Shown in pieces: positions 1 through 10,100 of a stretch of 24,194 nucleotides of DNA. The stretch covers positions 1 to 24,194 of the forward strand of contig JAJRWI010000074.1 in the NCBI GenBank assembly GCA_024276825.1, written 5' to 3'. Each line of letters opens with the position of its first letter. The first letter of the stretch is position 1. Made by a program: the position numbers and the translations under genes. The stretch is from an archaeon. GTDB taxonomy: Archaea; Asgardarchaeota; Thorarchaeia; Thorarchaeales; Thorarchaeaceae. The notes beneath the pieces were generated by a model. It had not been told where the DNA came from and ran no database searches. It saw only the letters and a list, made by a program, of their open reading frames with translations.

Positions 1-405
1 ATTGATGATCCAACCACATTCTTTCTGCTATCGATAAGTCCAGTCGATGGGAGTAAGCCATGGAAGATAGCAACTAAGACTACATTCCCAAAGGCCAAAC
101 CAGATGCACCAGAAGATGGCAAGGAGAAGGACCCTGTTTTTTCAAAGGGAGCTCTAGCAAACACCCCAGAAGTCTTTGAACATGTCCTAGACAACATTCT
201 TCCCGACTTCAGGGATAATGTTAGCACATCAACAAAAAAGATCACTCTAAGGCATACTATCATCATTGAGGAGATACAAATTCCAGAGGACCCATTGCTA
301 TCATTCAGTGAAAAGCGCAAATTGGCAAAGAAGAAAGGCAGACTCATACGAACGGCCGATATTGATGGCAAGGAGATAACCAAAGAGTACTCATTTCTAG
401 CTTGA
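1..405 (+). CDS. Hypothetical protein, 5'-truncated (C-terminal 134 aa)
   Basis: Not in the ORF track because it has no start codon. Frame 1 is open from base 1 to TGA at 403-405: IDDPTTFFLLSISPVDGSKPWKIATKTTFPKAKP...SFSEKRKLAKKKGRLIRTADIDGKEITKEYSFLA. Composition is protein-like. Confidence 0.8.
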   Translation: MDDPTTFFLLSISPVDGSKPWKIATKTTFPKAKPDAPEDGKEKDPVFSKGALANTPEVFEHVLDNILPDFRDNVSTSTKKITLRHTIIIEEIQIPEDPLLSFSEKRKLAKKKGRLIRTADIDGKEITKEYSFLA

Positions 406-489
406 GTGAAATGAGTTTTGAACAACCGCGACCTTTAAATTGAGAACATCGAGAACAGACACACTCCTGAATCATGAGAGGTTCGATAA

Positions 490-693
490 ATGCTACAGAC
501 AGGTTTCCTGAGTTATCTCCTTTACATATCATTGACATTCATCTTCTTCGGTCTATTTGCAATGGGATGGCTAATCGTTCACATCGAGCATAGTCGACAC
601 TATTCATGGTTCAAGATTGTTTCTGCAGGGGTCCTTGGATCGCTGTTTCTTGGTTTCGGAATTCATTTTCTCTTGATGTTCTGGGGTTTGTGA
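490..693 (+). CDS. Small two-TM membrane protein (67 aa)
   Basis: Two hydrophobic stretches (FLSYLLYISLTFIFFGLFAMGWLIV; IVSAGVLGSLFLGFGIHFLLMFWGL). GAGGT SD-like site upstream of the ATG and TTTAAAT TATA-like box near 434-440. Confidence 0.75.
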   Translation: MLQTGFLSYLLYISLTFIFFGLFAMGWLIVHIEHSRHYSWFKIVSAGVLGSLFLGFGIHFLLMFWGL

Positions 694-912
694 GTCATCG
701 TCAATGAACTCTACTGATTTGAAATCCTATATCATCCTAATAAGAAGTAGTAGTCCAAAAGTTATGCGAATGACAGATGAATAATCAAGATGATATTTGG
801 ATTCTGTTAGTCTTCGATTCAAAATAGAGAATGAAGGAAATACAATAAAGCTATATTTGTGCCATCATGATTAGTTCATATTAGTCCGAATTCCGAATGC
901 GAGGGCTCCCAA

Positions 913-2088
913 GTGACATTCGATCCTGAACTTGAATCATTGGCTAAGAGTAGTCGGCAGAAACTTGTTGACGAGTTCACAGAGAAGTATGCCAATTTGC
1001 GGGAGAGAATGCGCAGAATTCCAATCGATGACGCAAATAAGATTGCAGAGAGATATTCTTGCCCACTTCAGGTGGCCATCATGGCATATCTGATGGAGAT
1101 GGATGGTATAATCAGTGCAAGGAAATCAATCAGTCTTATGGCACAAGAATTATCCAGAAGATTTGCTGTGGGTGAGGAGGTTCCAAATCTACCAGGCAAT
1201 GTGCAGGAGTTCGTCTTAATTGAGGGCAGGTGGATAGGGCACATCTACGGGTCATTCTCAAGGGATCTGGAGTTGAAGATCAGAAGTCTGTCAAATCTAG
1301 AGGTTGCCTTAAATAACGAGGATCTCACAGTTGAGATGGCACTCTCAATTTTCGATGCAAGAAACAAGCTTGCTCTTGGATACATCTATCCGATCTTTGA
1401 AACTTGGCTTCATGATCATCCAAAGGCGAACAGCGAGGATGTGCTCATGGCCTTTGGGCCAGCAATAACCAAATGGAATCCAAACACCCTTAGGGGTAAA
1501 CTTAACTTTCTCAAACGCAAGAACCTTGCATTCTTTAGAAGATTGAAGGTATTGCTTCAGAATGCTGAGGACTCAGCCACAGTGGATTACACAATAAATA
1601 GAATTAGTATGCTTATCAAAGAACTTGAAGAACCATTTTCTAGAATGAATTTGAGCGCGTTAGCACATTTTGTTGTCCATATTATTCCACGTACAGTAGG
1701 AAGGGGAGACATGTCGCGAGCATCAGTTGTTATCTCACCCTCAACAAGGGGGTTCAAAGCAGAGCCAGACATGAACTCACCTTTTGACTTTCTCGAACGT
1801 GACATTAGACTGGCAAGAAGGAGATATGAGGCTGAACGTGAGAGATATCTTAAGGACAGAGTAGGCAGGGTGTTGCGAGTATTGCTCCATCAGGAAAAGA
1901 CTCTCGAACAGGCCACAAGGATTTCAATATCTGAGATAATCGATCGTCTGAAAGTAGAAGGAGTGACAATTGAGGAAACTATGAGTCTGTATGGGCAGGC
2001 CATCTCTGAAGAATCCCCTATAGAAACATTTGAGGATACAGTTTCGTTCATCGTTGATTTTGTATTCAAGCATGTTTATGGAGGATAA
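913..2088 (+). CDS. Hypothetical protein, mostly alpha-helical (391 aa)
   Basis: Long ORF with GTG start preceded by GAGGG. No motif recognised. Confidence 0.8.
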   Translation: MTFDPELESLAKSSRQKLVDEFTEKYANLRERMRRIPIDDANKIAERYSCPLQVAIMAYLMEMDGIISARKSISLMAQELSRRFAVGEEVPNLPGNVQEFVLIEGRWIGHIYGSFSRDLELKIRSLSNLEVALNNEDLTVEMALSIFDARNKLALGYIYPIFETWLHDHPKANSEDVLMAFGPAITKWNPNTLRGKLNFLKRKNLAFFRRLKVLLQNAEDSATVDYTINRISMLIKELEEPFSRMNLSALAHFVVHIIPRTVGRGDMSRASVVISPSTRGFKAEPDMNSPFDFLERDIRLARRRYEAERERYLKDRVGRVLRVLLHQEKTLEQATRISISEIIDRLKVEGVTIEETMSLYGQAISEESPIETFEDTVSFIVDFVFKHVYGG

Positions 2089-2093
2089 TTGGA

Positions 2094-2864
2094 TTGTCTG
2101 GTAATACAGCGATGTTCTGGCTGCTTGATGTGGAAGCCTATGATTTTGATGCAGGTGCCCTCAAGGGAGCAGATATCACAGGCATGTTGATTATCGTTTC
2201 ACGTCAATTATGGTCAATAATCCGCGGAAACACTGTTGTTTCAGCACTTATAGGACCAGGTGTCTTCAAAGGAATGGCTAAAAGAGGTAATATCAAAGTT
2301 GAAATCCGTGAGTACCTCTCAGCTCTAGTATTCAACCCTTCAGACCTTAGACTTGAGGAACCCGTTCCCCTTATCGACATTGTCAATCCAGAAGTCATTG
2401 ATCCGCTTGCATCTTCTAAAACGGAAGAGATCTATTCTTTAATTTCAAAAATCATTATTGAAAAGGGAAACATTCTTGCGGCAGATCCACTAATGAAGTT
2501 TAGATTCGAGGGAAATGTACCGCAGATGGCACATTATGATGAACAGATCAAGAAGATCAAGATCTCATACGTTTCAGGATTGCAGAAAGCCAAATTCATT
2601 CTAGGAGGCACTCATGGACCAATATATAGGCCATTTGCGGATTATTATCGCACCGGACGATTCATGAATCCCATATATACAAAACTGATGATGGTGAATG
2701 ACTCCAAGTTCACCAAGTTCAGGACAAACGAGTCCACATCAGACTGGATGATAGTTGAAAAGTACGGTATGACCGATGCAACAGGAGTCGCAGCCTTCAA
2801 GGAGGAATATGAGGAAACCCTTGCTATCATCCACAAGAACGAGGACTTTTTCATCTATGATTGA
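2094..2864 (+). CDS. Hypothetical protein (256 aa), probably co-transcribed with 913..2088
   Basis: TTG start 5 nt after the upstream stop, with GGAGG SD in the last codons of the upstream gene. No motif recognised. Confidence 0.8.
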   Translation: MSGNTAMFWLLDVEAYDFDAGALKGADITGMLIIVSRQLWSIIRGNTVVSALIGPGVFKGMAKRGNIKVEIREYLSALVFNPSDLRLEEPVPLIDIVNPEVIDPLASSKTEEIYSLISKIIIEKGNILAADPLMKFRFEGNVPQMAHYDEQIKKIKISYVSGLQKAKFILGGTHGPIYRPFADYYRTGRFMNPIYTKLMMVNDSKFTKFRTNESTSDWMIVEKYGMTDATGVAAFKEEYEETLAIIHKNEDFFIYD

Positions 2865-2953
2865 CATTATAGCTAATCTTATCATGCAACATCTTGTTTT
2901 CAGAATCAACAAGTATCAGGTTCTAAGCGGTCTAATTTATAGAGGTAAAAGAT

Positions 2954-5590
2954 TTGGAAGTCGCGGATAGTGAGATTACTAGAAGGCTAGCAAAGCCATA
3001 TGTGTTGGTCATCCGATCTTCCAGACAAGAAATGTCAACGCGCGTAGAACTTTTCTCGGACAGTCTACAAGACCGCCAAAGAGCATATCTCAGCGGACTT
3101 GTCGAGTGGGGGAAACGACGAGATGGCTTGCTAGAGATTCGCAAGGTATATTTCATTAAATACAATAAACCTGTGTTTTTTCAAGAACGCGAATTCAAAG
3201 AGGTCTTGAGAAGGGCCAAGCACATAATAGTGCCATCAAAGCAAAAGCCTGACTTTTTGGACAAAGTGAAAGACTATCTGAAACGCAATTCAATACAGAA
3301 GCCCCGAGTGTTGCCCGTCTGCCAGTCATGTCTGCGTGAGAACAGAATGACGATACTCAGAAAGAAAAATGCGGTAAGGACATCAGAAACCGAAGTGGCA
3401 TGCCTAGCTTGCGCTCAGGCAGAATTAAAGACAGACCTACGAAGTCTGGGCTTCGATCTCTCGCGCCCCATGATAACTCAATTACAGCAGCAACTTGCAC
3501 GGGTAAGGTCTATCCCGCGTTTACTTCATGTCCTCTCACCCGGATTCGATCCCACGCAGGAGCCGGACCTGACTTTGATTGAGAGGATTACCATCGGGGC
3601 GACAAGTAAAGGGACAAAGATTGATCAACTCAATTTGCCTGAAGAGTTCAAAGAGGTCTTGAAGTCAGAAGGATTTGAAACACTCCTTCCAATTCAGGAG
3701 AAGGTGATTGATGCAGGTCTTTTCGAAGGCAAGAGTCTACTTGTGGTTTCATCAACATCTTCGGGAAAGACTCTCATTGCAGAGCTGGCGGGCATTCCCA
3801 GGGCGATGTCTGGTGAAAAGATGATCTACCTCTCGCCACTTGTTGCACTCACTAATGAGAAGTATGAGGTTTTCAGAAAACGATACAGGGGCATAGGTCT
3901 CAGGACAGGCATTAAGGTGGGAATGTCCCGATTAGACGTTGGCAAAGAAGGCAAGGTCATTGTTGACTCGGACATCACTAAGGCTGACATAATCTGTGCA
4001 ACATATGAGGCCTTGGACCTCGTGCTAAGATCAGGCGAAGTAAAGCAGATTGGAAAGATTGGCACTATTGTCGTTGATGAGATTCAAAACCTTGCAGACC
4101 CTGAGAGAGGGCCTGAACTGGATGGCCTTTTATCCAGGTTGCGATATCACTTTCCAAAAGCTCAGGTCTTAGCACTCTCAGCAACAGTTGGGGCCCCAGA
4201 AGAGTTGGCCAATGAACTAAAATTGGACCTTGTTAACTTCGTTGGCAGACCAGTTCCCCTTGAAAAGCATCTTGTGTTCGCCAGAAGTGATGAGGACAAG
4301 AAGGAAATTATCAGGCGCCTTGTCAAGGATGAGTTTCGGCATGTCAGCAGTTCGGGAAACAAGGGGCAGTCAATCATCTTTACATTTTCTAGACGCCGTG
4401 CCCACGGACTGCGCGACTGGCTGCACGAACATGGAGTGTCCAGTGCAGTGTATCACGGGGGGCTTTCATACAATCAGAGAAGGAGAATTGAACGGGGTTT
4501 TGAAAAACAGAGATATGCTTGCGTAGTGACTACTGCCGCTCTTGGGGCAGGTGTCGATTTTCCCGCATCTCAGGTCATCTTTGAGTCATTAGCTATGGGC
4601 TCAGACTGGCTTTCTACTGCAGAGTTCGAACAAATGTTAGGACGCGCAGGCAGACTGGGTAAGCACGATCGCGGAAAGGTATACCTACTAGTGCAGCCTG
4701 GTCGCAAGTATCATGGCGGTCAGGAGAAATACGAGGATGAAGTTGCCATTGAACTTCTCAGGGGAGAGATTGAGAAGGTCGAGCCTTTTGCTGACACTGA
4801 AACCTGCGCAGAGCAGATTCTTGCGACTATATGTTCAACAGGTCTAGTTGATCTGAAATCAATAGCCCGTCTTTACAAGAGAATGCTCTCGGCTTCAATA
4901 CCGCCATCTGATGCACTCAAGTTCTTGGTCAGACATCACATGATTCGTGTCAAGGAAGGTGGAGCACATCCAACTGCCCTAGGCAGAGCAACTTCGGTTT
5001 CGTTCTTGTCCCCAAGCAGGGGCCTAGAGGTTTTAAAACTAGCCAAAAAAATGGATTCGCTAGACATTGCAATCAGACTTGATCCCTTCGAAAACATCTA
5101 TCTGAGTTCTCGCCTGCAGAGTGAGGTTGACTCTGCATTCAAGACTCATATGCCCACACGACTCTTCTCAGGACTGTTCACGGATATTACTGACATGAAG
5201 GATCCAAGAAGTGGTGCCACACGCCTATCAAAATGGGTGTTTCATGTTATGACCAAATGGCTGGACACATTCTTCAACTGCAAATGCAAGGAGTTTCCAG
5301 AATGTGATCATGGAAAGATTGCTCTCGGTCGCTGGATTGTTGAACGAAGAAGAGAGGGTTTCAATCCCACAGGAATATCTAAGCGTTTGCATGAAGAGTT
5401 CGAACTGTGGGCATATCCTGGAGATCTGCTCTCGTGGCTGGACACATTGATTCATAATCTCAATGCAGTAAAACGAATTCTTGATGTCGGAGGGATGACT
5501 GACTTGAGCGAGAAGATTGATGATCAGATTGCCAGAATTGAGCGCCCTCGTGACTGGCTCGATGCTGATGAGAAAGAATTAGACAAATAG
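2954..5590 (+). CDS. Archaea-specific Ski2-like SF2 DEAD/DEAH-box helicase (ASH-Ski2 / COG1202-type, DUF5814-like C-terminus)
   Basis: Q motif LLPIQ, I SSTSSGKT, Ia YLSPLVALTNEK, II DEIQ, III SAT, IV IIFTFSRR, V TTAALGAGVDFP, VI QMLGRAGRLG. N-terminal CQSC...CLAC and C-terminal CKCKEFPECDHG metal clusters plus the YPGDLLSWLD motif fit this subfamily. Exact start uncertain. Confidence 0.9.
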   Translation: MEVADSEITRRLAKPYVLVIRSSRQEMSTRVELFSDSLQDRQRAYLSGLVEWGKRRDGLLEIRKVYFIKYNKPVFFQEREFKEVLRRAKHIIVPSKQKPDFLDKVKDYLKRNSIQKPRVLPVCQSCLRENRMTILRKKNAVRTSETEVACLACAQAELKTDLRSLGFDLSRPMITQLQQQLARVRSIPRLLHVLSPGFDPTQEPDLTLIERITIGATSKGTKIDQLNLPEEFKEVLKSEGFETLLPIQEKVIDAGLFEGKSLLVVSSTSSGKTLIAELAGIPRAMSGEKMIYLSPLVALTNEKYEVFRKRYRGIGLRTGIKVGMSRLDVGKEGKVIVDSDITKADIICATYEALDLVLRSGEVKQIGKIGTIVVDEIQNLADPERGPELDGLLSRLRYHFPKAQVLALSATVGAPEELANELKLDLVNFVGRPVPLEKHLVFARSDEDKKEIIRRLVKDEFRHVSSSGNKGQSIIFTFSRRRAHGLRDWLHEHGVSSAVYHGGLSYNQRRRIERGFEKQRYACVVTTAALGAGVDFPASQVIFESLAMGSDWLSTAEFEQMLGRAGRLGKHDRGKVYLLVQPGRKYHGGQEKYEDEVAIELLRGEIEKVEPFADTETCAEQILATICSTGLVDLKSIARLYKRMLSASIPPSDALKFLVRHHMIRVKEGGAHPTALGRATSVSFLSPSRGLEVLKLAKKMDSLDIAIRLDPFENIYLSSRLQSEVDSAFKTHMPTRLFSGLFTDITDMKDPRSGATRLSKWVFHVMTKWLDTFFNCKCKEFPECDHGKIALGRWIVERRREGFNPTGISKRLHEEFELWAYPGDLLSWLDTLIHNLNAVKRILDVGGMTDLSEKIDDQIARIERPRDWLDADEKELDK

Positions 5591-5612
5591 GCAGACTCAG
5601 AAACTGAATCTC

Positions 5613-5876
5613 CTATTCATTATCATTATCAGCGAATCGCATGAACGCAACACTCAGGTTCTCAAGATCATCTGGATTCAATGCGTCAAGGTTGATGTCG
5701 ATCCAGCTATAGAGCTCACGTCTGACACGTTCTTTTACCGAGAACTTCGAGTCTAGCGTTAAGGCATCATTTGAAATAAGTCTGAAACTTGAACATCCGC
5801 ATTCGCAGTTCCCATCTAAAACTTGATCAATGTCCATTGTTGGCTTTCCGCAGTTTCTACACTCAAAGATCATCAT
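5613..5876 (-). CDS. Small Zn-ribbon protein (N-terminus resembles OapC/DUF2072-type ribbons)
   Basis: FECRNCGK-x-GNCECGCSSF, followed by an acidic helical tail. Confidence 0.65.
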   Translation of the reverse strand: MMIFECRNCGKPTMDIDQVLDGNCECGCSSFRLISNDALTLDSKFSVKERVRRELYSWIDINLDALNPDDLENLSVAFMRFADNDNE

Positions 5877-6026
5877 TCATCAAAAGAAGTATCATGCAAC
5901 TTCACTATGAGCTTTAGTAATACTTCCGTAGTACTTGGTTTATTTGGATTCTCTTGATGTTTAGATTAGTTAAGAGGACGCTCGGCAATAAATGATATGT
6001 TGTTGAACTGATGAGGTTTAGATACA

Positions 6027-6197
6027 ATGAGTGTTGGAGATGAGAATCTCATAGAGAGAAACCTGATGAATATCCCAGATTTGAGCGAGTATGGTCCAAA
6101 AAATCCATCGGGGCCAATTAGGTTCTATCCGATGCATGGCTTTGAGATATTCAAAGATGACAAGGAGTTTCTACTCATGAAACATGAACTATTATGA
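6027..6197 (+). CDS. Putative small protein (56 aa), below the ORF-track cutoff
   Basis: ATG at 6027 to TGA at 6195-6197: MSVGDENLIERNLMNIPDLSEYGPKNPSGPIRFYPMHGFEIFKDDKEFLLMKHELL. GAGGT SD-like site at 6013-6017. Fills an otherwise empty ~490-nt gap. Confidence 0.5.
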   Translation: MSVGDENLIERNLMNIPDLSEYGPKNPSGPIRFYPMHGFEIFKDDKEFLLMKHELL

Positions 6198-6361
6198 TTG
6201 AGTTATAGACAGGCGCGAAGCAAAAAGGTCAATTCAACTAGGAATGTTATTTTCCAAATTGTACCAATTATCCGAAAAATGGGTTCACATTCATGCTATC
6301 TTGAATGATTAGATTTATCAAGCCCTTACATCATTTTGCAGGCACATAGGGGCGTGAGCAT

Positions 6362-6619
6362 TTGGCAAGATCCTGTTCAGTTTGTAGAAATACCAGCAAA
6401 CTTCGATGCGATAAATGCAGAAATGAGTTTTGTCAGCAACATGCAATCAAATGCCCCTCCTGCGGAACAATCACATGCATCCGTGATTTGAATAGAAAGC
6501 CCATCTGTCCTGTCTGCAATAAACCACTGGATATTTGTCCAGAATGCCTGATGAATAATATAATTGTTAGAAAAATCCCTGGCACAAACATTTGTCCCGA
6601 CTGTGGATGGAATGGATAG
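6362..6619 (+). CDS. Cysteine-rich multi-zinc-finger protein (85 aa)
   Basis: 14 Cys + 1 His arranged as CxxC, CxxC, CxxH, CxxC, CxxD, CxxC, CxxC, CxxC. TTTATCAA TATA-like box near 6314 and a T-tract downstream near 6652. Confidence 0.75.
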   Translation: MARSCSVCRNTSKLRCDKCRNEFCQQHAIKCPSCGTITCIRDLNRKPICPVCNKPLDICPECLMNNIIVRKIPGTNICPDCGWNG

Positions 6620-6732
6620 AGGGAGTTTCTCTAGTTAGCGATTCATTGTAGTTTTTTCTGAGTTTCAAAAAATCAAGCCTAATAGAAAACAATATATGAA
6701 AAATATTAACAATAGTTATTGTGTGAGTAGTA

Positions 6733-7026
6733 ATGACTTTAGTAATGCTATACAGATCCAAAGTAAAACCCGATGCAGTTGACATGATGACAGAATTGAG
6801 AAATGAGTTTCGCAAGATATACGACGATCATGGCATTGAAGTGATTGGTAGATGGCGGGATGCTTCAGACCCCACTGTGAGTTTCTATATGGTCAAGTAT
6901 AAGGATGAGGAGGAGTATAAGAAGAAAGTCGATGAGTTGCATCACGACGAGAGATATCTCCAACTGACATCCAAGTTAAACAAGATACGAGTTGATTTTT
7001 CTACCACTAGATTGATTCCACATTAG
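6733..7026 (+). CDS. NIPSNAP family / dimeric alpha+beta barrel protein
   Basis: Pattern Y..KVKP...IYDDHGIEVIGRW...FYMVKYKDEEEY...HHDERY...TRLIP matches the NIPSNAP profile. Confidence 0.75.
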   Translation: MTLVMLYRSKVKPDAVDMMTELRNEFRKIYDDHGIEVIGRWRDASDPTVSFYMVKYKDEEEYKKKVDELHHDERYLQLTSKLNKIRVDFSTTRLIPH

Positions 7027-7100
7027 ATCTATTATGAGCATTGATTTCTTTAAGTTGTAATTTGCCTTGATTTGGCTGAAAGCGCATTTTTGCATGAACA

Positions 7101-10100
7101 TTAGGAACTCTTCTTTCTCCTGAGAATCAAGACTATGAACACCACACCTAGGACAGCACCTCCAACCATGATTAATTCCATATCAGTGAGATCTAGTGTT
7201 CCTGATGTGGGGGTTGTTGTTGGCTCGGTGTAGTGAATCGTAATAGTCAATGTTGCAGAGTTGCCTGCTATATCTAAAGCAGTTATTGTCACATCAAGGT
7301 CAGTATTATTAGCTGAGTTGATAATCTCAGCAGTGAACAGGTTGTTCCCTGTTTCTCTCATAGTTTCAGAAAAGTCGGAATTGCCTACTGAATATCGGAT
7401 TGAAACATGATCAACATCACTGTTTTCATCAATTATTGTACATGTGAGTGTGACTTCAGTACCAAAGGTGGGTGAAGATGGAGAGTAGGATACATCGATT
7501 ATGTTGGGGTGAACTGAGTCGGTCCATTCTACTGTATAGTTAGTACTTCCAGCATTTACAACAGTCACTTGATCGAAAATATCATAGATCTCAAAATAGT
7601 ACTCTGTTATCTGGCCGTATTCCCCACCAGGGAGTTCTCCGCAGAATATGCCACCTGAAACGTATCTGAGGAGAGTAGGCTGAAAGATGTTGCTCTCAGA
7701 CGAATACCAAAGTGTCACATTTTTAATATCGGGTCCAGTAAGGTTCACAGTTAGATAGACAGGTTGACTCTCCCTGGCCAATGCTACCGATGCAGTCGGT
7801 TCGACAGATACAACTTCAGGGGGAGATGGTTCAATGTATATGTCAAGAGCAACTGTGTTTGTTGCATGAGTTGTATTTGTTGAAAGATATAGTGAGTTTG
7901 AGATGGTCTTGAATACGTACTTGGCTTCACCATATAATCCTCGAAGGATGACGGATGCATTAATGTCGCGGCTAAAATACGCACGGACAAACACATCCTC
8001 ATAAATAACAGGATTTGTGCCCACGTAGTCCCAGTTTCCCATGTATGAATAAGCAGTGCCAGCTTGTGAGTCATAATTCAAAGCGAGCTGTTGATTGGTA
8101 TTCCATGCATCAGCCACTGCAGTGAAGACTATATGATGGGAGCTAGAGATTGGCAGACCATCAACAGAGAGGACAGAGGCTGCAAAGTGATGATTATCAC
8201 TCTCGAAAGTGATGCCACCAACTTCGGTTGTGCCATTGGCAAAGCCCACAACTGCAGCAATGTATGCGGTGCCCAGAGTGAAGACACCAGAGGTTTCATT
8301 TCTCACCCAAATTCCAGAGGGATCTTCCCATGTTCGTTGATCCCAATAGGAATGATTCATGGATGATAAACTCCAGTGATGCATTGAGTCTATGAAAATA
8401 CGTGCGGCAAGACTGTCATGCCTCTTAATTTCAAACACATTATGATCACTGCCAGATTGTGGGGAATAATCCAAATCATGATAGAGTGAAGTAGACTCTT
8501 CCTTGTAATCCCACACAGACATGATTACAGACGAGTCATCCACAAAGCCAACACACCATTGTCCATCAGTGGTGTCGCCAAAAGACACTGCACCTGATGG
8601 AAGACTTGACTTTGATATTGCATAGAAATACGACCAAGTGATGTCCATATTATCATAACCGAAATCGATGAAATGACCTGTGCCATTGGAAGAACCATCT
8701 TGAAAGACGAGCCCAGAGTGGAGCCTTTTGGCTGTTGCAGTCTGATTGAACTCTTTGTTGTATAGATCGCAGAACCAATAATAGGGGGCCACAATGACTG
8801 TCTTTGTACTGCCAGTTCCCGGGTAAGTGGCTCCATTCGTTCTCATCGAGCCAATGACCATGTCTGCAGTGCCGTTGTAGACATCATCAAAGTAATAGTT
8901 CTGAACTCTACCAAAATATGGTGCAACTCGATAATACCAAGGATCATCGAAGTGAGCCGCATAGAAGGTGTCGGTGAATGAGAAACCAATGTCAATGACT
9001 CTGTCAAACGGGGTTACAAGTTGCTTCAGAAAAATCCGTGCAGCCACACTGAACTGAGACCAACGCGCAGGATCGTGAAGAGTTGACCACCACAGTGTCC
9101 TTTGCTCGCCTTCAGAGAGGGAATAAAAGTCATCCGCAAAATGGTGAATCAATACACCATCCCAGTCTTGCTGTGCAGCAAATGTTGCCATTTGAATCAT
9201 TGATTCGCATCTGTAATCATTCGGAAAGACATCGTTCCACTCACGCACAATCATGGGAACACCTGCAATCTTTTGCGAACTGAGTATAGGCAAGATTGAC
9301 TCGGTGTCTTCAAAAAGCTCTGGAGTGTTCCTGATTGTCATGAGTGGAGTGTCAGAAAACGAGGGATGATCATGATAATATCCTGCTGCACTGAAGTCAA
9401 GACACTCTTTGATTGCGCGTTGATTGGGAGGATGCACCTGCCATTGATTATCTGATGCTCCAATTGGAACTCTCACTCCGAGTGAGCGAAGGTGCTGTTT
9501 CATGGTTGAATAATATTCCTTCAAAAGATCATATGCAAATCTCGATCCATCATTAGCTCTTGCATGACCAACAGAGGAGTCATCATAGGACCTTGCACCC
9601 GCAGTCTGCTTCCAGGCTTCAACTACATCAGGGAGTCGGACTGTTCCTGCTGTTGGGTCCTCATCCGCCAAAAGCCCATGAGTCCCATAGTTATCTGTCC
9701 ATGAATCATCGAGATTCTGTCGAGTAGAATACTCTTGCACGAGCCAATCATTCCATTTGCTCTGAAGTTCGCTATAGTATGGTTCAGGAATACCAGCCCA
9801 ACTCTTAACATCACCAACAAGGTCCCAGAACATCCCATTCTCATTTGTAATCTCAACAACAGCGATTGTGGGATCATCTACTAGAGCTAAGCCAGTGTAT
9901 GAATTGACATGACTGAGCAAGTTAGTGGCGTATTGTTTTTGAAGCTCAATGAGATGATCATCGAATATAGACACAACTTTTGCTTGAGGGTGCAATTGAC
10001 TTGCATTTACAACCCCATCAGATTCTAAAAACTCACGACCATCAAGAAGGTCGAGATACACATAGATTCCTGACTGTCCGCATTTGTAAATAAGATAGTC

